From contig OX597823.1 of assembly GCA_951406725.2 (NCBI GenBank), positions 37,758,001 through 37,822,000 on the forward strand: a DNA stretch of 64,000 nt, written 5' to 3'. Below, one piece after another: positions 28,359 to 41,686 of this stretch (within the stretch, counting starts at the first letter, position 1; every line of letters begins with the position of its first letter). The position numbers and the translations under genes were made by a program. The notes below the pieces were generated by a model. The model did no database searches. It was not told the DNA's origin and was given only the letters and a program-made list of their open reading frames with translations. The DNA comes from Octopus vulgaris (lineage: Eukaryota).

Positions 28359-29252
28359 TGTATGTATGTATGTATGTATGTATGTATGTATTCATGTATG
28401 TATGTATGTATGTATGTATGTATGCATGTATGTATGTATGTATGTATGTATGTATGTATGTATGTATGTATGTATGTATGTGTGTATCTATATATATTTC
28501 CCCCTTCATATTTTTGAAGAGGTCTTAGGCCACCAGGTTTGGGGTCTGACGATACGCCATAAGGCCAAACCCCTTATGGACAAGAAACAAGAAACCCAGG
28601 GTGACCCCATGAACCAGCCTCCCCTATTACCCTATTATTATTATCATATATATATATATATCATCATCATCATCATCATCGTTTAGCGTCCGTTTTCCAT
28701 GCTAGCATGGGTTGGACGGTTCTACTGGGGTCTGTGAAGCCAGAAGGCTTCATCAGGCCCAGTCAAATCTGGCAGTGTTTCTATGGCTGGATGCCCTTCC
28801 TAACGCCAACCACTCCGTGAGTGTAGTGGGTGCTTTTTACGTGCCACCCGCACTGGTGCCAGACAGAGCTGGCAAACGGCCACGAACGGATGGTGCTTTT
28901 TATGTGCCACCGGCACGAGGGCCAGGCGAGGCTGGCAACGGACACGAAACGGGGCGGTGCTGGCAACGGTCGCGAAACGGAAAGTTCTCTTACATGCCAC
29001 CGGCACTGGTAACACATCTGCAATTTCCATTGATCGATTTCCATTGATCGATTTCGATTCTGATCCTCACTTGCCTCAACGGGTCTTCACAAGCAGAGTT
29101 TTGACATGCCACCGGCACTGGTAGCACATCCGCAATTTCCATTGATCGATTTCGATTCTGATCCTCACTTGCCTCAACACGTCTTCACAAGTAGAGTTTT
29201 GTGTCCCAAGAAGGGAAGGTATGCATACGTAGGCCGGCTCCATCCCATGTAG

Positions 29253-29284
<32 letters not shown>

Positions 29285-30431
29285 ATTATATACATATATA
29301 CACACACAAATATATATGTATGTATATATATATATATATATGTATGTATATGTATGTATATATATATATATATGTATGTATGTATGTATATCCTTAAATC
29401 CTTAAAAATGTTTTAGCCTGAAGGCCGCGGCCATGCTGGGGCACCATATATATATATATACTTTTATTAAAGTTGCAAAATTGTCACAGAACTGTTACTC
29501 AGAGTTTCACGTTCCTGTTTGTCGGACAGATGTGATGAAAACTGAATTAAAATTGTTCTGGTACATATAATATAATGTGATGTAATTCAAATACATGAAT
29601 AAGCATTTAAATTTGATTGGGTAGTTGCTTTCCAAAACATAACAGCTACCAGTTGTGTGTTAGTGAGGACTTTGAAAATTACTAGTAATGTATATGTAAA
29701 TATAAATATTATAAGACTACTTATATGCTCACCTGTGTGTGTGTGCACATGTGTGTAGAGTGTTTTCCCTCATAACATGTACAAATATGTACAGAGTCCA
29801 CCAGAAAAATGTTTATACACTTCAAGAAAAGAAAAGAAATATTTTAATAGTAAATTTATTCAGACATCACACTATTTACAAAAGTTACCTTTAACCTCTA
29901 CAATTACAAGATTTGCTGATAGTAGTGCTCATTAGCTTCCAGATACTTATTTGGTGAACTGTTAATTGGGCAACATTAGCCAAATGGTACAGTGGGCTTG
30001 CTGCACATACCATTTCAGTTTCTTTCCAAACTGTGTAGCAGTTTGTCTGCAATGCATAACATCATTTAGGATACCCCATAATTTTTCTTGTTGAAAAATT
30101 CATCATTTACAAAAGCACATGCATGGCAGATACAAAAGATGTGCATAGCATGTCTAGGTATGCTTTGCCAGTAACAGTACCTTCAAAGAAAAATGGTCCT
30201 ATTTAAACTCTTGATGACACTCCACATCAGACATTGACCACCCCCTGTAAATTGACTGGTTTTTAAAATGCCAACCATGTTGAAAAGGCCCAACAAAAAC
30301 AAAAATGGCTAAACATGACTTGTATTACTCCCATGATGTCTGAATAAAATTAGTATTCAAATGTTTCTACCCGTTTTTCTTTTTCTGAAGTGTGTAAACA
30401 TTTTTTGATTGACTTTGTACATGCATGTGTG

Positions 30432-30481
<50 letters not shown>

Positions 30482-32039
30482 TAAATGAAATAAAACATAT
30501 GCATATATATAAACATATATGTACGTACCTACCTCTACATGTACATATACACGCATATATGAGTACAGGACACCAAAGGGACGTTGAACACAAAGAGAAA
30601 CGAAAACATAGACACAAACCAAAGGAACTGGACTTTTTTAAAAACAACAAAAAATGGAGTACAGGACAATTAACACAAAGAAAAAACCCCTTCTTCAGTC
30701 GCTATGGTTTCATCTACTCTACGTTTCGAAGGATAAAAGCGAGACGTATCTTCGACAAGAAACTTTCCTTCCTGCGAAAAGCAAATCAATTAAAATTCTG
30801 AGATCTTTTCGCAGAGGGGTAAAAAATGGTAAAAAAATGGTAAAAAAACAGGACAGTAACGACAGTACAAAAAATATAAACAGTCAAAGACAGGACAGGG
30901 AAAAACAAGATAAGAAGGGCTGTTGACGCCGAACGAAAAAAGTATTGCAAACGCAGAATTTTTTGTGAACGACAGGGGAGCAGGAAAAATGTCGTCCAGT
31001 TACTTTGAAAGGCCAGGCCAGAAAGACAGTCAGAGCGGAAGGAGATAGTACTGCCCTGGGTCAAGAGGATGGCTGCTGGAAGACCCTGTGTCTGGTAACA
31101 GGACTCTGCACCTTGCCACATAAGCCGGAGAACCCAGTCATGGCTGTCAGACAATTTTTACAGCTACATCACCCCTGACATCTAGCAACCTAGTTCCCCA
31201 GATTATTATGTGTGGGGCACAGTTAAGTGAGAGATCAACAAAACTTCTTGTAACACCAAGGATGAACTGAAGGCAAGGGTTATGACAGCATTCACCAACT
31301 TAAACAAGGAATATTACTGTGTTCATTTCTTCTGGCAAAAATTCGCATTAGTGTTCTGACAGTATCAATTGTTTAGCTAAAGCTATTTACAAATTTATAA
31401 TCAAGCAGAAAGTTCTCTGGGGTTTATGGGTGGTTCCTGTGAGTATTTTGACTCATCATACAGATAGATATATATAAAAACAATATAGGAGTGTGGATAT
31501 AGGTAGTGTTTTACTTTGTATTTAAATCCATGCAAGTGAGTGTGTACGGATAGGAAGAAGAAAAGGGAGAGAAGAAATCAAAATTGTAAGGAGAGAAGTA
31601 AAAGAAAATGGTCTTGAATTTCTTTGTTTTGATTTCAGTGTATATGTATTGTGAGAGGGAGCGTTGAGCATTTGATTTAACCTTGATCCTGGTGGGCTGT
31701 TACATTAATGATTTTATAAGCTGTAAGGAGAAGGGAGCAAATTTTTGTTTAGATGCAATAAGTTGCAATTTCTGTTCAGGCACCAGAGAAGGTGGAAAAT
31801 GGGATTAGCTTGGTATCATTAAATATTTCACATGGGCCCCTGCTGTTCTGTCAATGTTATTGCTTAAGTGGGCATGTCACTTGCTAGTGATGCTACTATA
31901 TGTTCATTGATGATCCCTGACCCCAATATAATATTGTCTTTCCTGTATGCTCAGTTATATAATAATAAAAACCACTGACAGTATTGTAGGAGCTTTTTAT
32001 GAACACACTCAAAAACATTTCACATAAACGAACTTACAG

Positions 32040-32080
<41 letters not shown>

Positions 32081-32097
32081 TAAATCTCTGAACGAGG

Positions 32098-32130
<33 letters not shown>

Positions 32131-32347
32131 CTTTGAAAAAGAGTAGAGATGGCTTTTTGGGAGAGGATATTTTTTGTGTGTATACTTGCATACATTTTTC
32201 CATTTGAAAATGGCTAATTGAAGCTCAAAACTCATATGAGAGTAACTCACTGTAAACATTATTATTATCCCCCCCCCCAAAAAAGCCATCTCTACTCATT
32301 TTTCAAATATATATAGTACTGTACCAAGAATTTTCTTTTTATTATTC

Positions 32348-32393
<46 letters not shown>

Positions 32394-35300
32394 CTAGTTG
32401 AGTTAGCAGTTGGAATAACTCTAAGGGATAAGAAAATCTAGGCTGTAAGGTTGTAAAAGTGACATGTTTAATAAAATAACAGATTAAGTTGGTTTTAGAC
32501 TTTTAAACTTTTCTTCAGCACTGTAACAAAAAAAAAAAAGATGATATGGATGCATAATTTTCAGTCTTCTCATTAATAAACAGGGAGAATTGTTAAAAAT
32601 TTCATTAACTTTTATTTGAGTAGGGACATGGTTTGGAAACTATTGATTCCAAGATTAACTAAAATATTTGTATTTTCTCTTTTATGGTCAGATGGAACAA
32701 TATGACGAAGCAGTTAAGGTTTTACAAGAACTCCTTGATGTTGGTAAGTTGGTAAACAATTTAGTTTTTGTTTGCTTTTCCTGTCTTTGGCAGAATGGAT
32801 GACTGATATTTTTTGTGGATTTATAAGATTAAATTATATCTTATAACTGGTTAATATTTTCAGGCATGGTAAAGAAGTTCACTTTAAAGCCAAGTGGTTC
32901 TGAGTTCATTTCCTCTACGCGACATTTTGCACAAAAATCTTCTCCCAGAGCCTTGAGCTGATTAATATCTTGTGAATGGAAGGGACATAAACATTTATGA
33001 GAAAGCAGAATCCAGTGTTTTGTGAACAATATGAAGCTATTGGACATACAAAACCAGTGACACTTTTTGTTCACAAATTATAACATAATAAATAATCTAG
33101 TTAAAAAATAAACAAACAAAAAAACAAATAAAAAAGGATTGATTTTTTAATGTCCTTTATTTGAACTTTGCCCAGAACTGTTGTCCAGAAACTATTTAAA
33201 GAGTATTTCAGCCCAAGAAGCCACCACAAATGTACTGTCATTTCCCTTTTAAATTCTTAATTAGTTCCTTTCTTTTTTAGTTAATCTGATAATTATTTTT
33301 TCAATATTAGGTGGAGGAATGATGAGTTAAACTAGAAAAGAACCCAGACACAGGTTCCAAGCTTTGCTTTGTGCACAAATGGCTGTCTGGTCAAGAAGTT
33401 TATTTTGCATTCATATATGTTATGGTTCCAATTTCATGGTGCAGGACTTTGGCCAAGTGTTTCTACATTAGTCTTGGATTAACTTAGGCCTGGTGACTGA
33501 AATTTGATAGATGAAAACTGTACAGAAACCTGTCATGCGTATGCATGAGTGTACAAGTATTTCAGTGAGAAAATTATTGACAAACTAGCGCATGAAAAAA
33601 AACCCACCTTGTGATTTTCATTCCAGACACTTCCTTATCATTGTCACTATAGAAAAGACAGTGAATCAATGATTGGTCCATTGGAAACCTATTTCCAACG
33701 ATGTTGTTCATAAAATAAATAACCAAATATAAATTTCAGCAATATTACACATAGACTGCTATCTTAGTCTGCTACCTTATACAGACAGTCATTGTAACTT
33801 TACAATTGTTGTCTTTAAATATAGACACTATTAACATGTAACCTTTAAATGTGGGCCCCAAATTACTTCACCACCACCACCACTACATTCACACATGGGC
33901 CCTAGATATTATAGATTAGATTTGTCACTGATTCTTGTCATTCTACCAATAAAAGTTGATATTCTTTAGAGATATTTCCTTCCAAAAAATTGCCCTTTAC
34001 CATATCTAAAATACATGCTATTTTTGTTGTAGATCCCCATAATAATCGTGCAAAGGAAAATAAGAAGTTTTTTGAGAAGAAACTGAAATCCAAAAAAAAG
34101 GCTCCAGGCAAAATGGAACCTAAAGTGCCAGAAGATTTTCAAGAGGCAAACTATGAGAAATTATGTCTGAAACAAGTTGTTCAGGTAAATTAGTTTGTCT
34201 TTTTTTACCCTTTAATGATGCAGCAATGTTTGTTTTTCAGAAAGGTATGAACATCACAATCTCACATTTCCAGTTTCTCTTAAGTTTACTTTATTGAGGA
34301 TGTGTGGGGTGGTGGTAAGTATGGATATGGTGGGTTTAATTTGGGATTGATAGTTCTAAAAGGTGGGAGCCTTTCTAAAGATGATAGAATGATTGGGACT
34401 GATTGGGGTTGATGGCATTACTGCTGATGGTATTGAAGACATCAAGATATGGTAGCATTGATAATGGATCATATGGTATCATTTATAATGAAATTGGTTA
34501 TAGTTATATTTTGAAGTCCTTAAAGTCTTAGGAGGGAAGGTGTTGTCAAAAGTCCACAGAAGCTATCTTGAATTAGAAATTTTGTGAATTAAATAAGATT
34601 GAGGAGTTAGACTTTTGTGTACTGCAAGAACACATGGTAGAGAAGAAAGTTCTACATGGCAGCAGAGTTTCTAAGGAAAGCTTGAGTGTTTGGAAGCAGA
34701 TGGGTTGATGAAATAGGATGGTTGGTGGCTAAATTATAGTCTGGATACTGCCAGTGAGTTGTAACAAGTAAAAGTTTATAATACTAGTTACAGAAAAGTT
34801 AGTGAAAAGATACAGCATATTGCTATTGCAGGACTAAGAAAATATTGATAGGAGATCGTGACAATCACTAGCTTATAGGGATAACATTTAATGGGGGTAT
34901 TTGAAAGATATTACTTTCCAGTGATGAAGTTGATGGTTGTAATGTCTGGAGGATATGAAAGTAATTTGTTGTGGGTGGCATCATTGTTAATAATGGCAAC
35001 ATTTCTGACCTTAGTTCTTGTTGTTTAGTCACAGGTTACCTTCATTGAACAGACTTGTAATCAAAAAGTATTGCCATTATGACCACTTCACTTGCTTTCC
35101 TCTGGTAAATGTATCCTTCATTTATTTAAGGTGTTAGGATGTGATTTAAAGAAGATTTGGCTGTTATTTCTAACAGTTCAAATGACTACAGAGCAGCTGT
35201 CACTCATTGTCCCATTCTGATTGTAGGTATCAATAGTGGGTAGTCTTTCAGGTAACGACTATATTTATAAGGCTAGCATGTTTATTGCCCATTAATAAGG

Positions 35301-36274
35301 ATAGTATATTTATTACAGATGATGCTTAATTTCTGCCTGTCATTATCCATACTTCTCTATCTCTCCCTCTGATTAGGACCCCTGTATAATGAGAGATTTC
35401 ATTGATTCTGTTGTTATCTGATAGACTCTTCCATTTACCCTTCCAAAATGCCAGCCATCACTCCCTCTCCCTTAGGTCACTCTTTTTTTACTGACATCCA
35501 TCACTCTCTTACCATTGTCACCTCAACTATCTGTCACTCACACGCACTTTTATCAGTGAACATTGCCTTTTTATACTTTTATCCACCACTCCCTCTATCC
35601 CCTAGCACTTATTATTGACACCTACCATACTTTATTATCTCTAATCACACCCTCATATTACCAACTATTCCTATGATTAACCATCACACACTCTCTTTAC
35701 TTGCTAGCATGTAGCTACCAAAAGTATTTCTCTCCATTTACTCTCTGCCATTACTGTCTCCTATCTCTCATTCCTCTTCCACACTCTCACCCTAGTTTCT
35801 TACTTCATACTCACACCTCTTCTTCCATCTTATCTGAGTTCATCTACTACAATCAGCCTCTCCTCTACTCATTCTATTTGTTGCATTACATGGAATGAAT
35901 GGAGACAACATTGAGTTGTAAGGACCTTTTGTCTTACATAGTGTAGGGAAACCTCACTGATGCTGGTGCCATGATTAGTCACATCTAGTATACTTTATAA
36001 AGTGGTTGGAGAAGGATAAGAGATAGTTAAGGGTTGACAAAACCCTTTAATTTCATCTATATAGTATTTATTGACAGTGACTTCAAAGTTTCAGCCAGCT
36101 AAGCCATAATTGAACTGTCCGATGATGGCTTAACCGGCCAAAACTTTGAAACCACAGTTAATACTATTCTTGCTAAAGAATAATAAGTTTGTTCTCTAAT
36201 AGAGAATTCTTCAGTTTAATATAAAATTGTCTTTATTATAACATAAAAGCAAAATACACACAAGTGTGCGCACA

Positions 36275-36312
<38 letters not shown>

Positions 36313-39300
36313 CATACACACACACATACACACACACATACACACATTTGCACATACACATGAATGTAGAAAATAAATTCTTGGTAGCATAAAGTATTGA
36401 GGAAGTGCTTCAAAGAAATTCTCCAAAGTTCCAATCATTCTTGCTTTTAAAGCTTTTCCTGTATTCTTTAAACCACCTGCAGGAACTTAGCTTTGGAATT
36501 CTCATGCTTTGTATCTTTTTGTCTTTAACAGCCAGTTGAGAAAACATCAAGACTCTATTGTTACCTACATCCGACACATAAACAGATATTATTTGGAAAA
36601 GCAGAGATTCTTAGTCTGAAGCCTCGTATTATTTTATTCCACGATTTGGTGAATAACAACATCACTGACTCAATAAAAGCACTTGGTATTAAGGAGGTGA
36701 GAGATAGATCTTTTGATATAATGATGTATGGGATTGTAAGATGGCAATCCATTCTCTTAATGAAACTAATCCTGACTTAATATTATTCAATGATTATTCG
36801 ATGTTATTCAATGATATAAGTGCAGTTTAGTCTTCTATTATAATTACTACCATTTTTAAAATGTATTGTAAGAGTACTTGACCACAATACTCTTGATTGA
36901 ATCCTTATTTTATCAACACTAGAAGGATGAAATGCAAAACTGACCTGGGTAAAATTTGAACTCAGAATGTAAAATAACACAAACATTTTGTTTTTTGTCC
37001 CAAATTCTATCATTTCAGCTAATCCATAACTTTTTTTATTGAAAAATTATCTTTACAACTTTAATCTAATGTTCTTTTATGTTGCAGCTTTGTGACTAAA
37101 CCATCATTGATATTTACATACCCAGGTTAGCCTTGATCAAGCTGACCTATGATCAAAGGGTGCCTAAACACTTGTACAGTTCTCTAAATGTTATTCTAAT
37201 GAAAATATTTTATTTAGCTTTTAATTATATAATTGTTTTTTTCTTTTTCTGATGAACAGATACAGTCAGTGCTGGAACTTAATATATACAAATATGAAAT
37301 GCAGGGGTTTGTACAGTTTTATACATTTTAATATGGAGAGTATTATTTAAACTATGTTACCTCAAGTATAGCAGTAGTATTTAATACAGTAGTGATGTTG
37401 TGTGTGTGTGTATTTAGAATATGGAATTTGCCAATGAAACAACATCATATAGATTCATGACTAAATAATTTCATTGATGAAAATATTTCAGTGTTGTTAG
37501 TTTTATAAATAAAATGTAATTTCTCTTCAGATGCATTAAATTTTTCTTTTTTGTTAATTGAGTATTTTATTCATATTTTTAGATTAAAGCAAAACAACAT
37601 TTTTTAAAATGCTACAACAGCAGATATTAAATAAAAGAATAGAAATAATATTATCAAATCAAAAAATCTCCCAGCTCTTAACAAGGAGAAAATAAAATAC
37701 ATAAAGAAAAAGAAAAGCAACAAATAAAAGTATTTCAATCAATATTTTCTCTGAAATAAATGTTGTTCAGTAAAATAAAAAAAAAGAAAGAATCTAACAT
37801 GTGAAAATGTTAAACTACAAATAAAAGATGTTTCCCCACCCCATTCCCAACAAATCACTGCTCAAAAGTAATGAATTATTGACTGTACATTGTGTTAGGT
37901 ATTGATGGTATGTCATGTTGAACATTTGTGCTTCAAGTTTCAAACAGCTGGCAGTAAATAGTGATTATTGGAAGAATGGATTAATTGTACCATGTGGCAA
38001 CTTTCATTTTATGTTAACAACAGTGGAAAAAAATATAGTGACAACTTTGACTTTTAGATTACTGTACTATTGTTAGTATTATTCTTGTTGTTAGTGCTGT
38101 TTTTTTTTGTTATTTTAGTGATGTTTATTGTTGATATTTTGTTATTTATTCAAACAAAAATGTTGAAGTAAAATTGTCTGTTATTTCTGAATGGATGTGT
38201 GTATTTGTGTGTTTGGGTATGCATGTATGTGTGTATGTATGCATGCATTACATGTATGTGTGTTTATATGTATGTATTGTACAAATGTATTGTACAATGT
38301 ATGTATGTATATATGCATGTTTATATATATCTATGTATGTAGTTAAATAAAAGTCAGGTAAAAAACCTAGTAGAATGCTATGCCAAGCTCGTCCATAGTT
38401 ATTGGCTACCTGATGTCATCATACAGTAGAATGCTCATCATTCAATCTCTTTATTGGAATAAAGGATAAGTGGCTCATCATACAGTAGAATGCTCTTGCT
38501 GTTGGGTATACATCAGAAATTCCAGAGAATTCATAAAGTTTATATAAATAGATAAATGACATTTTTTTTATCTAAAGTCACTACAATTGTTTTGACACAT
38601 TTTTTACACCTCTAGTACATTGGTGAGGTGTTGTGTAGTCATTACCACACATCGAAGATATAAAATGCACTTTGTGAAATGACAGTCGTTTCTAACAAAA
38701 GGCTTATTTAAACAAGCACCAGAGGAGGTGCATTTTAGCAGTAATACCATACGCAGAACTTGAACTTGGAGGGTTTTGTGACTGTAAAAACTAATATAGG
38801 TAGGAAGTTCTTAAAATTAGTCTCTAAACATTTTCAACCTAGCCATAAGTTTTACAGAATATTTAATAGAAGAATGGCTGAAGATTAACTATTCTTGTTG
38901 TAAAAACTTCGCCTCTTTCATTAGCCAACACAACATGAAAATAATTACAAATAACCGCAGTGCCAATTCTGATCCAAAGAATTGCAATTTCAAAGATGAG
39001 GCCACCTGTCCATTGGAAGGAAAATGTCTGGAGAAAGGGGTTGTGTATAGGGCCAAAGTACAAATAGAAGGCTCACGTGAGTACAAAACATACACAGAGG
39101 CTTCAGAAAATTCATTCAAAACCAAATTTAGTTTCCATGGTTGGATGTCCCTCCTAACACTAACCACTTGACAGAGTGCACTAAGTACATTTATTTATTG
39201 TGATATTAGTCCTAGAGAGGTTGTCATATCTTTCACAAGACTAAAGGGTCTGCTTGATCTCATATTTAACGGGTGCACTTGTGTATTTTATCATGATTCC

Positions 39301-41520
39301 AAAACCAGAGAGGACAAGGGTAAAAACATGATGGTTTGAAAGAGGTGAGGGTGAATGATGGATGCCAATACCCAATGGAGTAAAGATAGAGTGTTTGGGG
39401 TTCATCTATATCTGATGCAATTCCTTATATATATGCTTCAGGCTGGTTTTCTTGCTTATCATCCTCATTATCTCCACTGTTCTCAGTAAGAAGTTTAACC
39501 ATCATTTCTTCTTCCATTAACACCTATTACCCAGGGTCACTTGCTTTCTCTCTTTCTCATATAAATCTCTTTTCTTTTTCAGGATTTCACTTGATACAAG
39601 AATGAAATCACAGAAACAAAATGAGCTGAAAAGACATTTTGCAAATTTAAAGAACTTGGTATTCCCTCCACTGGAATCTAGTGTTATGGAGGTTTGTATA
39701 AAATATACCAGTTTATTAACAGTCACTAGTTTATTATTAATCTTAGGGATGAATGCCACAGAGTGAGAAGTTTTGCTGAGTCACTATGTTGACCTGTTTT
39801 CTAGATCAAGATGGCTAACTCACTTCACTTATGTTGCCAAAACCACTCTCAAATATCATGATATTCTGTTACGTACTTCTAAAACAGGAATCAGCAAACT
39901 TCTTATATCATCAAGCCCTTTATAGAATTGTTGATAACATATTGAGACCCATCATGTAAATTTCTAAAATAAAATTAAGAATGGCGTTGCCCCAGCATGG
40001 CCACAGCTCGCGAGCTGAAACTAGATAAAAATAAAAATAAATAAAATAAAAATAAGTACAATTAATAAAAAATTTCTTGATTCAAAAACATTAAATCCTT
40101 TGTTCTTTTATGTCATTACTACTCTTTAATGAAGAATAGTTAATGAAAATTATGGAAAGTATTTTACGAAATTGATAAATAAAAATAAAAATTCAGTTAT
40201 ATTGCATTGAAGATTTACCCCTTGGATAGCCACATAGACTTCCAGAGTTTGATATTAACCAGTTTGCTGAACTCTGTTCTAGATTACAAAATATTTGTCT
40301 TTGGTCACAGGTTTAATGATTTATTGGTAAAGAGTCCTATGATTCCTAGTATGTTTAAATCAATTTAACAGTTCATAAAATATAAACAAGAATAATTACA
40401 GTGAAGATGGAACTCAGATAAAAGTAAAAAATGGAAATGAATTTGTTGTTGGTTTCATAAATGAGTTTCCCAGTTGTTCAATCTCTTTATTGGAATAAAG
40501 GATAAGTGGCTCATTATTCCACAGACACTGTTAATGTAAATGCTCAGTGAAAGTCAGCATTGACTCAATGTGACAAAGATACTTATTAAAATTACTGGTA
40601 TCATCCATTCAAAGGACCTCCATATAGTCTCCATTAACTAAGTTTCTCTCACAAAATATGGATCTCTATCATAAAAAAACCCAAACATTTGTCAATGCTA
40701 ACCTGCAGAGAGTTTGAAACATTGACTGCATAATTGTAAAGATAATTTCTTAACCATTCAACCACATCTGACTCATTGCATGAAGCAGAAATATAAAAAT
40801 GATAACCAAAAATTAAGTGAAAAAATTAATGGAAATTAAAAAATCAGAAGAGTTTCAGACCATGTATTGATTTATTGGGTGAGATGACACTAGTTAATAA
40901 TATTACACTGGTACCACTATTACTTCTAACTCTAGGATACCATACCAAAATTATACAAATAGCTGAATGACTTAATGTGAAACATTATGTTACTGAGTTA
41001 AAATACTGCTTTATAATTTTGGCATAAGGCCAGCAATTTTGAGAAGAGGGCTAGTTGATTACATCGACTCCAGTACTCAACTGGTACTTATTTTATTGTT
41101 ATCAAACAGACGAAAGGCAAAGTCTACCCCTAAAGTATGGAAGAAATGTTGCTAAGCATTTTATCTAGTTTGGTAACAATTCTACCAGCTCACTGCCTTA
41201 CAGAATTAAAATATTGACAAGACAAACTTTTACTTCACACAAGCTCCTCTAGATGAAGGCCAATAGACTAATATTAGATTTGGTACCATATTGTCACCAT
41301 GAAAAATGACTTTGGTTCTAGCTCTATAATCTGTTTCAAAATATTTTTGGTTTTAAAACTCTTCCCAGTGATGAAATACAAATTAACTAGTTATTCTTAC
41401 AGCAATCTTTTGTCACATCATGGTTTTAAGGATCATCTTCATTGATATTTGACATAAATATTTTACAGATTCGTAACTTCGGACTCCAAGGCTTTTTTGC
41501 ACCTCTGTATGCAGTAAGTA

Positions 41521-41581
<61 letters not shown>

Positions 41582-41625
41582 GTTACTGCTACTGCTGCTG
41601 CTACTACTGCTGCTGCTGCTGCTGC

Positions 41626-41686
<61 letters not shown>

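Noticed and set aside
37418-37470. Candidate exon [13 protein letters not shown]
   Set aside because: Runs into a stop with no donor; 37260-37306 satisfies the phases
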